64,000 nt of DNA from Stegostoma tigrinum (lineage: Eukaryota), in assembly GCF_030684315.1 (NCBI RefSeq), contig NC_081371.1, positions 12,035,441 through 12,099,440 of the forward strand. The letters are read 5' to 3'. Positions 12,762 to 26,790 of this stretch are shown here, one piece after another (within the stretch, counting starts at the first letter, position 1; the number at the start of each line of letters is the position of its first letter). A model generated the notes under the pieces. That model did no database searches. It was given only the letters and a program-made list of their open reading frames with translations, and was not told the DNA's origin. Position numbers and translations under genes: made by a program.

Positions 12762-15161
12762 AGATGCATTAAACCCACAGAGCATAGTGAACAAAACCGG
12801 GGAACTAGAAGTAGAAATCATTCTGGGGGATATGTGATGGTAACATTGACAGAAGCGTGGCTCAGACCGGAACAGGAGTAGATACTTAACATCTCAAGTT
12901 CTGAGGAGCGGGGTGGGCTAAAAAATAAAAGTGTAGCTGTTTGGTCAAAGATAGTGTCATAGCAGTTGAAAGAGCTGCTGTTGCTGAATTTGAATCTGTT
13001 GGGGATGAGAAACAGGAAAGGAACGGTGACCTTGTTGGTTGTTTAAAATAGATCTCCAAATCATGGAAAGTAGGAGAGAGCACTTGCGGGTAGATTATGG
13101 AAACCTGCAGGACAAAAAGGGCTGTGATGGTTGGTGATTTCATTTACTCTGGGTAGACTGGGAAGGAGGTAGTAGGGTGTGGGGCACAGAAGGGGAGAAA
13201 TTCCTGCAACGTGTGCAGGTGAACTTTGTGCAACAATACATTTCCAGTCCTACCAGGGAGGGAGCTATGTTGGATCTGGTCCAGGGAAATGAGGCAGGCC
13301 AAGTGGAGCATGTCAGGAGTGGGAAAGCACTTTTTTATTATTTTTGGGGTGGTGGGGTGGTGAGGGGAAGTGATCATAATAAAATTAAGGTTCAATATCA
13401 AATTGACAAATGATTTTTTTAAAAAATCAGTCAAGCATTAAGATCGCAGGCTAAAAAAAGGGCAGATTTCAGGACTCCAAAAGTTGAACTGAATCAGGTT
13501 AATTGGAAATGCATTTTGGTGGATCAAACGATGGATGAAAAATGAGAGACTTTGAAAAGAGAGATGAATAGGGTGCAAGCTTGGTATGTAGACATGAATA
13601 AATACAGGATATTCAACACTGGAGTGCCCAGGATGACTCAGGATACTGATGAGAAAATAGGAAGAAAAAGGAGGCAAATGATGCATACTGGAATAATAAT
13701 AACAATAGAAGTCAGGAAGAGTATTTCAAATGCAGAAGAAAGCTTAGACTGGAATAAAGAAAGCTAAGGTGAAACATGAAAGAATGGCAGGCTGCACTAA
13801 AACGAATAGTAAAATGGTCTTCAAACATTAATGATCAAAGATTAGTGAGGGATAGAGTGAGCCCCATAAGGTACAAGCACAGCAAACTGCTTGTTGAATA
13901 TTGGTAGGGTAGGGATGCTAAATGAATATTTAACTTCTGTCTTTACCAAGTTAAAGATGGTGACAATGACCCAGTTGAATGTCTGGGTGTTGAGCATCTG
14001 AACAGCATAGTGATAGATTAAAGAAGAGGTACTAAAAAGGCTGTTGGTGCTACAGGTAGAGAAGTCATCAGGCCTAGATGGGATACATCTCCGATCGCTG
14101 AGAAAGGTAAAGGAGCAAATTGTGGAGCCATTGACAGAAATGTTCCAGGCCTATCTGAACACAAAGTTAGTCAGAGTTAGCTGGAGTTTTGCAAATGTGA
14201 CACCATTGTTTAAAGAAGGGTCAAAGGATAACCCAGTAAGCTGCAAACCTGTCAATTTGACATCAACAGTGGGAAAATTGAAGGAGGCCATAATACAGGA
14301 TAAGATAAATATACTTGGAGGAAAAGAAATCAATATGAGACAATCAGTATGACTTTGTCAAAGGCACTGTCATGTTTGACACATTTAATTGACTTCTTTC
14401 ACAAGGTAATCCTGGCAATGGATAAAGGGTAGTGCCGTTTGGACTTTGAGAAAGCATTTGATATGGTGCCACATGGCAGGTTGGTTTGGGATTGTCGGAT
14501 GCCTAACAGGATAGATTAGAAGTTGGCTAAAAAAGTAGAAAACATCGGGTAGGTATGTTGGGCGAGACAAGCTGGAAGTGGTGTTCCCCAGCAATTGGTG
14601 TTGAGACCCATGTTTTTTCTGATGATTGAGTTTTCTAAGTTGCAGATAAGTCTCCAAAATCTCTAAATTTGCAGATGATACTAAGTTGGGGAAAATAGTG
14701 AATTGTGAGGATGATTCTGAATGACTTCAGAGAGATATTGACAAGTTGGCCAATCAGACAGCCACCACAATTTCAATGCAGAGAACTGGGAAATAATGCA
14801 TTTTGGTAGAAGAAACAAGGAGACACAATGTAGGTCCAATGTTACAACTTTGAGGTGAGTACAGGATCAGAGGGCACTCAGAGCTCATGTGCATAATTCT
14901 CTGAAGGTGGTCAGGCAGATGGAACCGTTGTTAAGAAGGCTTATAGGATCCTATTTATAAATAGAGGCACAGAATATATAAGAGAGGAAGCGATGTTATT
15001 CCTCTTCAAATCATTTATCAGGCCACATTTGGAGTATTGCACTATGTTCTGGGCACTTCATTTAAGGGAGAATGTTAAAACCCTGGAGAGGGCTCAAAGG
15101 ATCTTTACTGGAATGATTCCAGGAAAGAGGGATTTTAGATACATAAAAGTTTAGAGAAATT

Positions 15162-15334
15162 GGGAATAAAGCAAAAGGACTGTAGATGCTGTAAATCAGG
15201 AATGAAAACATAAGTTGCAGGAAAAGCTGAGCAAGTCTGGCAGTATCTGAAGAAAAGTCAGAGTTAACGTTTCAATTCCGATGATCCTTCCTCAACTGAG
15301 ACCTGTTGTGCTATTGCAGCAGTTCATGTTTTTG
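15162..15334. mobile_element. Penelope-like fold-back insertion inside CR1
   Basis: PLE terminus with a short inverted partner and a degenerate minus-strand hammerhead (ttgagga...gaaacgtt); TSD ttagagaaatt (15151-15161, 15335-15345). Confidence 0.75.
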
Positions 15335-16841
15335 TTAGAGAAATTAGTATTATTCTCCTTTGTATTGAAGTGTTCAAAATCATGAATCTAGTTGGTGTGT
15401 CAGTAACTCGGAGTTACAATTTCAAGATTGTCAGCGCAAGAGCTAGGAGTGAGGATGAGGAGAAACATCTCTTAATCAGAGGGTTGTTAGGATTTGGAAT
15501 GTGCTGTCTATGAGAGTGCTGGGCATTGATTCTTTGGGAGGTTTTAAAAGAGACCTGGGTACATATTTGAAGGGGATGAATTAGAGGGCTATGGAGATGG
15601 GGTTGGAAACTAATTGGATAGCTGTTTTGGGAGCTGGTACAGATGTGATGGGCCAAATGGTCCTGATCTGTGCTAAGTGAAATTATATAGGGGAACACCT
15701 GGTAGTCGTGGAACCAATGGGCTAAGTGGGGATGGAGAAATGTAACATTCCCGTGAGACTATGTAAAAGAAGATGATTAACAAGGAGGAAGAGAGAATTT
15801 TACAACTTCATACACCAAGGCAGGGAAGCCTGAGGTTTCAGAGGGAAGGCCTAGCATTATAATTATTGAAATCTAATAGTGTATAATAGCCCAGGTTTTG
15901 TGTTCACTGGCAAATAAACAGCACTATGCATTCACAACATTTACCACTACCCACAGACTTATTGTGGACTTTGGACTCCAGATCACTCCAGATTTCTGTA
16001 CAATCATCTGTTTTGGAGTAATCAACAGCGGATCTGGTACTTGTGGGTGCGGAATTGCCTGTTATTTCAAGCAGTCAGATTGAATATGACTGACTGAGCC
16101 CTGCAGAGTGTAGATCAGGAAATACAAGAAAGAATTGTTAAAATGATGTAAAGTCATGACCAGAACGTAACAGAGACAGAGGAAATAAAGGATTGCTTAA
16201 GGGAGCTCGATCAAATGGGCAATTGGAATTTAAATAAAAATGCAAATAAAACATTAATTGAAATATGAGACTCAGACTTCAGATTTTAAATAGCAGAGAG
16301 ATAATTGGGCCTTATCCAAAAATATTTAAACATTTGCTTTGAATAGACCAGCTGAAATGTTTTCTGGCCTTTTTAGTGAATATCTTGTGGACAAATATGC
16401 CACAACTTCCTGCCATCTTTGGTTAAAGATTCAATCACGATGAGCAGGGCAAAGTGGAATTTCCTGATGCTGTAATTTAACTGTACATGTGCAGACTCCG
16501 CAAATTACTGTTCAATTTACCGTTTAACTATGTTGAGTGCTAATACCCTCACTGCAATACTTAACACCATTAAGGCCATTGCTATCCTCATAGCAGTACT
16601 TCAATGTCATCTGTGTTTTGTGTGGTTATGTTGGAAGATATATTAGTTTAAGCACTGGGAAAATTGTCTGCTCCCCTTCGAATAGTGAAATTGGACCACA
16701 TCTATCCAGCCCAATTGACATGGGAACAGAGATGGGACAGTAGAAAAATAGCTTCCAAGGAGCATTGTCAGGACTTCGTTGTCTATTTTCTCTCTGTACC
16801 ATTTTCCCATCTATTTAAAGGATGGCAAGGGAGTGTGTTTT

Positions 16842-17270
16842 GGGAGGCAATGGCATCGTGCTAATGTCACTAATTTGGTAGTCTAGAATTCTGGGCTATG
16901 TCCTGGGAACAGGAGTTTGAATCCCAAGATGACAGATGGTGAAAATTGCAGTCAGTGAGAATCTGGGGTTGAAAGCTATTCTAATGGCAACATTGTAATC
17001 GCTGATTGCCGTAGAAACCTATCTGGTTCACTAATGCCCTTTTGGGAAGGAAATTTACCACATTTAAAAGACATTTGTCAGGTAGGTGTATAGGAAAGGT
17101 TTAAAGAATATGGGCAAATGCAAACAAATGGGACGAGTTTACCTGGTCTGGCTTACGTGTGACTCCAGACCCACAGCAATCTGGTTGACCCTTAACTGCC
17201 GTCTGGGTAATTAGAGATGGACAATTAATACTGGCTTGTCCAGCGATGCCCATATCCCAAGAACGAATAT
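16842..17270 (+). mobile_element. tRNA-derived shark SINE with LINE-derived 3' tail
   Basis: Head gggaggcaatggcatcgtg...ggagtttgaatccc; body ctggttcactaatgccc...acctggtctggcttacgtgtgactccagacccacagcaat; tail gggtaattagagatggacaat...gcccatatccc. Partial copies at about 1620-1870, 9040-9180, 45390-45500, 57650-57780 and 59620-59878. Confidence 0.8.
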
Positions 17271-18059
17271 TTTTTAAAATTTTAACAATTCTGTATAATT
17301 AAGCTTCAGAATGTAGTGTACAGTGGAATTATTGTGGTATGTTCATTTCTTTGGTATATAGCCGCTTATAGAGCAGTATAAAACCTCTGAACTCATTGAA
17401 GAAATTTTGATGTAAATTAGCTCAAGTGCCAGCTGACCTTGGCCGTCCTTGTGTTCGGATTCATTCATGCATCGCTCACTTTATTTCTGTCACCTTCTGT
17501 AGCCCTGCGATCATATTAAAACTGTGCCTTCCTTTTTATATGCTAATCTCGTTTCCCAGTTGCAGCCTTAATATTGACATCCGTGTCTTCAATTTCCAGC
17601 CCTCTGGAATTCTCTCTATTCCTTTTGAAATACCCGCTAAAGTTCATTTCTTAGAACAAACTTGAGTCACCTGCTTAAGAGCTCATTCTTTAGCCTAGCA
17701 TTCGGCTTTGTCTACATTGGAAGTGCTACATTAACTACAATCTCTGTTTGAACAAATTTTTTTGAATTCATCTTACATGCACATCCTTGCACTCAACACC
17801 ACTGAAATGTGCATCTTGAGGAAAGAAGTAGTTGCATATCCTTGGAAAAGAAAATCTGAATTTATTCTTATTGCAACAATTGAAGAGAGCAAGAGGAAAG
17901 CTTTCAGACTTCAAGTCAGAAATTTACAATTACATCAGTTCAAGAAAGTTGAAAGGTGAACAAACTGAAATTGACATGGGAATTTGATGCAAAACTACTT
18001 GTATGGAAGGGAAGCAAAGTTACAATAAAATGAAAGTTCTATTTCTCGAAGGTGAAAGG

Positions 18060-18550
18060 ATAGTATCAAATTGAAAAAGGTGGAGAAAAGATTTACAAGG
18101 ATGTAACTGGGACTGAAGGGTTTGAGTTACAAGGAGAGGATAAACTGGGACTCCTTTCCACTGGAGTGTGGGAGATTGAGGGGTGACCTTAAAGAAGTTT
18201 ACCTGTGCTCCTCATAGTTTTATAATGTGAATAGCCATGGTCTTTTCCACAGGGCAGGGGAGTCCAAAACTAGCAGACATATTTTTAAGGTGAGAGGAGA
18301 AAAATTTAAAAGTGAGCTGAAGGGAAACATTTTCTCTGAGAGGGTGGTGCCTATGTGAAATGAACTACCAGAGGAAGTGGTAGACACAGGTAAAGTTACA
18401 ATATGTAAAAGACATTTGTCAGGCCCTTGAATAGGAAAGGTTTTGAAGAATATGGGCCAAATGCAGACAAATGGGACAAGTTTAGTTTGGGAAACTTGGC
18501 ATAGACACGTTGGACTGAAGGGTTTGTTTCTGTGCTGTGTGACTGCATGA
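18060..18550 (+). mobile_element. CR1 3' end fragment
   Basis: agatttacaaggatg...ctggagtgtgggagattgaggggtgacctt...tttaaggtgagaggaga...ggactgaagggtttgtttctgtgctgt. Confidence 0.85.
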
Positions 18551-20469
18551 TTCAGGAAGTGTCATTTTTTTTGATAACCAATAATTTATTATTTCCATTC
18601 ATGTTCTGAAGTTATGTTATAAGAAGTTGTAGGTTTAATGAAGATTTAAGGTGGGGAAACAAATCTTAAAATGAAGAAAAATATGGAAAGCAAGCATGAA
18701 AGTTTTGACCATTTTTTGCAAGACTAAAATTAAAATATTAAAATCGGGCATATAAACAGTTAGTCCTGAGGTCAGGCTTATTCTGCTTTGCCAAGCTAAC
18801 TTCATTTGGAGCCTGATTTGCACATACATAGGGAATTTCCAACAATTTCCTGAACACAGAATTCCTAGGAATACACTAACTTAAGTGGTTTCTAAAGAAT
18901 TTAGTTGGTCTGTTGTGATATTGCCCACAGAAAGTCAGAATCTTCAAAGTTTTAGAAGTAGCAGCAACATCCCTGCACACTTCTAATCTCAAAACTATGT
19001 CCAAAATGAGGTGTCACTGTCTTCCTGGCCCTTCCCCTCTACCTCTTCAACAGGATTTTACCATGAACAGACTGTCTCTTCCTCTGCATCATTGTCTTTC
19101 TCTCACCTGTTTCCCTGCCCCACAATGAGGCTGCAGACTGAAGGCGGTGTCTCTCTAGTTACAAGGTTATTTTTCCTTCACTCCCTTTAAGTAGTGCCCT
19201 TCTCTCACCATTCTCTAGATTACGGCATTACCAAAATAGTCAAGAGGTTTGTTCATACTGGATATAGGCTTCAATACACTCACATCATATTAACTTCACT
19301 TTTTTTTCCTCCCCTGTTCTTACACCCCTCCCTCCTATTCTTTCCATTTCTTTCCTTCAGTTCTTTTTCCATTTCTTCTGTCAATTTCCCAAAGAATTTT
19401 TTCCCCATTCATCCTGTCATTCCTGTTTTACATTTGTGCAATATTTTCCTCATCTCGTGCCCCAAGCTTTTCATGATCTGATAACATTGCAGTGCTAATG
19501 ACAGCTGGTCTCAGGAAAAGCAAAGCAAATATTGAGGGTAGTGTGGGCCAGATGAAAAGCATGAAGAAGGAACAGAGGCTGGCTGTTTCTGAGTTTTTCA
19601 AGCTTATTCCTTGAATAGTCAGCTGTTCAAAAAGCTACAACTAGTCCCCAGGAAAGATTCGTAAGTCCATTACAGTTCCAGACAGGATACCCAAAACTGT
19701 AAAGCTGCTGAGGGAAGAGAGATGAACTGGCTCCACTTGTTCTTCTGCGTCATAGATAATTTGTTGATAAGACTAATGTTAAAAGGGACACTCCTTCCCT
19801 TTTGGGTGCCATTCCCCCAGCCCAAAGGAATTTGTTTTTAAAGGAGCCAATTTAACCAGGCTTTCCTGAGTTATAGAGTCAATAATTCTTAAGTTATTAA
19901 ACGTGAAAAGAATTAATAATGCAACATATATACGCAGATTTGAAATGAAAAATGTATCCAAAAAAGACAAAAGTTGATAAAGGTTTATAGATCACTCTCC
20001 GAGTTCCATGAAACGAGACATTGTAGCCATGCTTTTGGCTGCTACCCATGGCCCTGATGTTGGTATGTAAATAGTTGACTTTAAGATGTTTACCTTTGCA
20101 GATCCACTAAATAGTCCATTCTCAGTCATTTCCTTAGCTGCATATTCTTTTTTTTAAAAAAGTCGTCGGTAAAACTTCAGTTGGCTTGTGGATGAACCAG
20201 AGTTATGATCTGTGACCATGACAAACAGAAACAACTTCAATGGTTAGCAGTCAAAGAAGTTTGAGAGAAATGGGGAGAATTAATTTAGCTACGAATAGGA
20301 GGCGTTTAGAGGGCCACATGCTGGCAAATGGACTAGATTAAGTTTGGAAATCTGGTCAGCATGGATGAGTTGGACTGAAGTGTCTATGACGCTTGATAGA
20401 GATGAAGAAACTGATAAATAATATCAATATTAATTTTGCCGAGAGGACAGTTGTACCAGGCTGTTCTAC

Positions 20470-20507
20470 AGTTCTGAGGAAGGGTCACCGGACCTGAAAC
20501 GTTAACT
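20470..20507 (+). ncRNA. Minimal hammerhead ribozyme motif at a solo PLE terminus (element about 20470-20605)
   Basis: Stem I agtt/aact; core CTGAGGA (20474-20480); stem II gggtc-accg-gacct; GAAACGTT (20496-20503); followed by the PLE end cacagatgctgccaga...ccagcaacttt. Confidence 0.7.
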
Positions 20508-23500
20508 CTGTTTTCTCCTCCACAGATGCTGCCAGATGTGCTGAGCTTTTCCAGCAACTTTATTTTTGTTCCTGATTTACGGCATCCACAGTTCTTTTGG
20601 TTTTTGCCAGGCTGCTGGTATGTGGTTTGTATGTGGTTTGTTCTAAGACATTCAGAAACCCCATTAGGAGAATTATGCTGTATTTTGGTGAAGTGAATAT
20701 TAAGGATACAGTTTGACTGAATATTTAATATATATATTTTAGAAGTTGGCGAGGGAGTATCTTTTGTTGACTTGTGGCTCCTTATGAAAGGTGATGACAA
20801 AATGTTTCTAGTGGAACTTTAATTTAGGGATAAAGTTGATGAAATTAAATAGTGACATCCTTTCCCTTAAAAAAGAAATGACTTCATGTCTTTGGAGGCA
20901 TTGATCCAATGTGAGCACCCTATGTCGGTAGGGACTGAAAATTCTGAAGGCAAGTGACTGTAGCCAATTTCAAGCAGCTTGTCGTGTCAGCTCTTTGGTT
21001 GTCTGAACAGCCCTGCCTGTTCAGTTTAGGGCAGAGTTTAAGACAGAGTTAAGCTCTTTTTAAACTCAGAAGAGGATTGTAAATTGACAGCCAATTCCCA
21101 GATGGAAACTTTTTTTTAAATACAATTGTAAGGAAATATAATGCTAACTAATGTAAGAGCTTCACTGGTACTGGAAAGGATAGAGAATTGGGGGCACAAT
21201 CCCATTGTTCATAAAAGACACTCATGCAACAGATACAAGCACTCTTTGTTCATTGGATCTCTGAACAAACAGTCCCAATTGTTATTGCCTTCTATCAACT
21301 GTAAGAAATTGGCTCATTTTTAATGATCTCATCACTGCCTTACTGTCAGGGTGGTGACTATGTCTTGAGCATATTGCAGGCTAAGCAAGTAGAACAGATG
21401 ATTCAAATTAGTTTAATGGATGCTTGGATTTCTTACCGTCATCTGAAAACAATACACATGAAAGCATAGAGTGTCAGTGTACCAGATCAGTGTAAATTTG
21501 ATTTTGGGTGCATTGATTTTTTTCTCCCCCATTATATGCTAAGCCCCATTTAAGAAAAGGGGAATGTTGTTGGTGTTACATATAATGTGGGAAGGTTGAA
21601 CAATCAAAAAGGACAGGACTAATGTAGAAGTCTTCGCGTTGCTAGAGACAAAACTATTTCTGTTTAGAGAAATGAATAGCTGCAAAGTTCAGTGGAAACA
21701 AACAATTGCTGCATTCAGAAAATCCACAAGCTGACCAAGCTTATAAAGTTGACTGGCAATGATTCAGAAGTTTTTTTTTCTAACTGTAAATAAAGATGGA
21801 AATGGAAGAATTTAACTCCATTAAGCTGTTTAGATTCCAAAGTCAAAATATATTAAATATTAAGACTATAACAAAGATTGGCCCTCTGTTTTAATAGTGC
21901 TGCAGATGTGTAATTTATAGATGCCTGTAATCGTGTTTTATAAAAAAGTTATCTGGTTATTAGATGACATAAGGCACAAACACAACTCGAGTTTCCAGCG
22001 ACCACTTTACAGCTTTACATTCAGTATATCACTGTCAAAAGTCTTTCTGCTTCATACAGCGCCGTCGTTATACCCAGTTGAATTCTGATTTTAGTAGTTT
22101 GCGCTAACAATACATTTAGAACTTACTGAAATAGGACATGACTGTTGAAAGGGTGATCCAAAAATATGTCCCGAACAGGTATTGATTTTGACACCCCATT
22201 CTTGTACCGTTTCTGATATTTTAGAGCTTCCTGCCTTTAAAAAAAAAGTTTCTCGGAAGGTTAGCTTTGAAATAAGAAAATCATGGCAATTTATCAAAGT
22301 CTGGCTCAGTTTTGAAATTTTTAATGACCTAACCTGTACAGCTGTTCAGCAGATACTTCATAATATCAAAAGAACTCTGCTTTGTGTGGGTAAACAAACT
22401 AATCATATCAATGTTAAATGACAGCTGAATAAGGTACACAATAAAATGTACACCTCATACAGCTCAAACTTGACTGTTTACTTTGTTTGGTTGATTTTCT
22501 TTAACTGCAAAACCAAAAACATGTATTTAAGAATTTCTATCTTACTAGGAAAGCATCAAGACAATTCACATCCAACAACCTGCACTGATTCACTCTCCAA
22601 CAGCTGTGATAAATTCCACTACATCAACTGCAACAATCTACCATTTTCGAAAACACTCACCGACTTCCTAAACATAATAACCCACAATATTCCAAAGAAA
22701 AATATCAAATTTCCCTATCTCCCAATGTTAATGACTACCTAAGAAACTATCAGGATCTAGGCCTGCGTCTTCACCAAAAATTGAACGTGTTTTCTCAAGG
22801 TATGACCAATCTGTGTACCAGTTTTGTTGAAATTCGTCAAACAGATTAAAACTGACTAACAACCAAAAACATAGACATTACTTTTGGCTGCCTTAGGTGG
22901 TGGAATAGCAATATTCTGCAACTCTCGAACCTATGATCTAACAGTTTGCATTACACATCATCACAGTATTTTAAATATTGAATTTTCTGTAATTTACTTA
23001 AAATATGTAAAATGCATTATTATTTCTATCCTCTTTATTTTCAAACCCTGGACATTCACTGTGCAGTGAAAGGAATGTATAATAAATCTACTAAAAGCAT
23101 TCAGGACAAAGGATGTTTTGATTTTTAATATGCAGCTGTGATTAGATTTAGAGCCTTCAGAGAGATAACGATTAGATAAGTTGTATAAAGTTACTTCAAG
23201 AAAAAAAACATTTTTAATAAGCATTGTTATGGTTTATTTGTCAAACATGGGAATAAAGACTTAAAAGGAATAAGTTGGTAGTTAATTTTGTGTGATAGTG
23301 TAAAACAAATGATCATGAATTGGCAATCCATGTTACATCTTACCTCATCTTTGCTTAAATTGTTTATTTACCATTAAGATACAGGAGAATGTGGGGAATA
23401 AAAAGGATGTTGAGATTCATTTTGAATTGCTCTCGTAATTGGCTAGCACCACAGAGTAGTCTGTGAGGTTTCCTTCAGTATGGGAAGCACTATGCTTCTA

Positions 23501-24899
23501 AGATTGTCAACAAGAACAATAATGCATATGTTTTTGGATTGTTGTTTCTGTGATTTACTCTCTGGACTTATTTACACTGTCTATCAAGATAAATCAAAAC
23601 AGTGACAAAACATCTTGCTGTTGTGGGGTATGCAGGTTGAAGAGTTCATATGGTTGTTTTGGGACTGCCTCTTTAAATTAGGATAAAATGGAAAATGAAA
23701 GGGGTCACGTAACCTAGTCTGAATTCTCCCTGCTTGTGGCTTGGTTCCTCATAGTTTACTGGGAAGGTGGTGCAAGATTTTCTCATCTGCAGACAATGGT
23801 GAGACCATCTGTTCTGACTGTAGGTCATCTCCAAGTCTAATAGGGAGGTGTTAAAATGTCAGGTTTTGTAAATGGTTATACATTAAGCTGTCTGGATATT
23901 GAAAGAATAGCTAATTAGCATTTCTACATAGATCCGAGGCCCATGAGATTCATGTCAATTGTCATCAGAAGGAAAAGTCAATAAAAAAATATTGTTACTG
24001 TTCTAAAACATACCTGCACTTTTCAAATCATTTGCAAGAATCTGAGAAAGCAAGAGGCAGGAAGAAGGATGTTAAGATAACTTGTCTTACATCTGATGCA
24101 GAAAGAATACCCTATCTATTGTTCACCATGCACTCAGATTTAAGAGACAGTAAGTTTTTGCAAGGATTCAGAGGAAGCTGGAAGATTCGCCTCACTTTGT
24201 CCAGAGGGAGCAATCTCCAGAGTAACTGTTACTATGGAAGCCAGTTATTTGAAGGTACCCAGCTGGGAAAGGGGAAAGGAAATGGGCTAGTGCGAGCAAA
24301 GAATACCTCTAAACAAGTTCTGAGAAAATAAAGTGTCTATTTCAAGGGACAGATAAACCATAGTGGGGAATTTTTGATAGTTTCGAAAGTTAAATGGGGA
24401 ATCTTTTCTGTAGATCAGGTTATAAGTTGCCTGATGAATAGTGCTTAAATAATGTTGTTTTAACTTTGTTATAATAAAAGTCTTAAAACTTGAAATCATC
24501 TCATGTGATCTTTCCAGTCAGCCACTTGAAATTCAAATTTGTTTCAAAAGGCATTGATCTCTATGGTGACCATAACCAGAATTGCTCCGGGATGGTTCCT
24601 GTGGGTATCCTGTTGTCAGCTTTGAGGAGTGGATCACTTGCAGAACCTCAGCATTAGGCTGCTGGAACATCAGCATTTAGAGAGACAGAGGTGATGAGTA
24701 AAGCTGGTTGTGTGTATTCAAGGCATGTGAAATACCCTTCAAACTAATAAAGGCCATTGGAACAGGTATTTCTTGCTGCAGTTAGGTTGATAAAAGTCAC
24801 CCTGAAAGATATTGCAAATTCCAATTCTGATGCTTTCATCGAAAGATATAGCACGTTTGTTATTCCATTAAAAGATGGAAGTAAAATTAGGATACAACT

Positions 24900-26790
24900 G
24901 GCGTACTGACGTCTACCTTAAAGATGCTGAGCACCAGCTCTTAGATACCTCCTCTTATCTTCCCCTGGACATGACCTCACCATGACACATCAGGCCATTG
25001 TATCTACAACAATCACTGATCCAATTTCCTCCGGCAGTCTCCCCTCTCTGCTTCCAAGCTGTTAGTCCCCCAGCCCTGCACAGTTCTCTTCTACCTCCTC
25101 CCAAAACAGGATTATCTAGGCAGACCCATTGTTTCAACCTGCTCCTGCCCCACAGTAGTCATCTCTTTCTAACTTGACTTTGAATTCTCTCCCCTGGTCC
25201 AATTCCTACCCAGGTACATCCATGATTCCTCTTATGCCGGTTTCAAAACTTCCAGTTTGCAGGTTCCAGCCGCATCCTCAATGCCGAAGGGATTGCACAT
25301 CCATTTCCCACAAGGAGGGTTTTAGGGCTCGACGCTTCTTCCTGGGGCAAAGACCTGAACCATCTCCACCCACCACCACCCTCCTCCGCTTGGCTGAGCT
25401 TGTCCTCCCTCTCAACAACTTCTCTTTTAACTCCTCTCAATTTCTCCAGGTAAGAGGGATGGCCATGGGTGCCTGCATGGGCCCTAGTTATGCCTGTCTC
25501 TTCATGGGGTATGTGGAACATTTCTTGTTCCAGTCTATTACAGCCCCCATCCACAACTCTTTCTCCGATACATCGATGATATCATCGGTGCTGCTTCCCT
25601 CTTCATCTGGAATTGGAAAACTTCATTGATTTCATCTCCGGTTTCTGTCCTGCCCTCACTTTCACCTGGTCTATCTCTGACTCCTCCCTTTCTGTCCTAG
25701 ATATTTCTGGGAATAAGGTGGCCACTGATATCCACTACAAACCCACAGACTCCCACAGCTACCTCGACTATACATCCTCACACCCCACTTCCTGTAAAGA
25801 CTCCATCCCTCTTAGTTCCTCTGTCTCCGTCATATATGTTCAACTGAGGCCAACTTCGACAAGGGAGACTCCGAAATGTCCACATTCTTCCTCAACCGAG
25901 AATTCCCCAGCTCCGTTGTCGATTGGGCTGTCAACCAGGTCCGACCCATCTCCCGCACATCCACTCTCACCCCCTCTCTTCCTTCCTGCAACACTGATAG
26001 GATTCCTTTTGTCCTCACTTACCATCCCACCAGCAACCATATCTGGAAGATCATCAGATGCCATTTCCGCCACCTCCAGTGAAATGCTACCACTAGACAC
26101 ATATTCCCCTCCCTTGTCTGCCTTCTGCAGAGACCATTCCCTCTGGGACATCCTAGTCCACATTTCCTTCACCACCAACACCCCCCCCCCCCAACCAAAC
26201 ACTCCTACTGCACCTTCTCGTTTATCCAGTAAAGGTGTAACTCCTGCCCATTTCACCTCCTCCCTCCCAGTATCCAAGGGCCTGTATATACCTTCCAGGT
26301 GAAACTACACTTCACCTGCAGTTCCCACAATCTAGCCTACTGCATTCGCTGCTCACAATGTGGTCTCCCCTACATTGTGGAGGTGAAGCGTAGACTGGAT
26401 GACTGCTTTGCAGAACATTTATGCTTTGCCAAAAGAAAGACCCTGAACTACCTGTTACGTGCCGCTTTAATGCACCAACCTGTTCGCTGGCCAACATCTC
26501 TGTCTCTGGCTTGCTGCAGTGTCCAGCAAAGCTCAATGCAAGCTGGAAGAACAACATCTCATTTTCCGCTTGGGGACCCTGCAGCCCTACGGACTCAATA
26601 TTGTGTTCAATCATTCTGGGGCCTAAACTCTCCCATGTCCCAGCCCCTACCCCATAGACCAGGCCTTGTTATCACGTAGCTTGTAATCACATTGATGTTT
26701 CTTTCACAGATACTCCCAGACCTGCTGAGCTTTTCCAGCAACTTTGATTTCGTTCCTGGTTTACAATATCTGCAGTTCTTTCGGTTTTTA
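24900..26790 (+). pseudogene. Decayed Penelope-like retroelement (RT + GIY-YIG), older subfamily
   Basis: Frameshifted RLAELVLPLNNFSFN...GMAMGACMGPSYACLFMGYVE, YIDD (tacatcgatgat), TDIHYKPTDSHSYLDY, YCIRCSQCGLPYIVEVKRRLDDCFAEHL; ends in the PLE terminus. Confidence 0.93.

Larger units (their letters stand above)
11480..15690 (+). mobile_element. Long decayed CR1 LINE with ORF1 (esterase-type) and ORF2 remnants
   Basis: ORF1 remnant VVVI.D.VV*GID...C..DRES.KVCCLLGARI at about 11770-11880. ORF2 remnants: endonuclease (MVGDF, PTREGAMLDLV, GSDHN), KSSGLDGIH, ANVTPLFKEG, aaatttgcagatgatact (KFADDT), RPHLEYC, and a CR1 3' tail. Confidence 0.88.

Noticed and set aside
22740-22910. Possible Crypton-like or other ancient DNA-element end
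   Set aside because: Only a vague resemblance from memory; no partner terminus identified.
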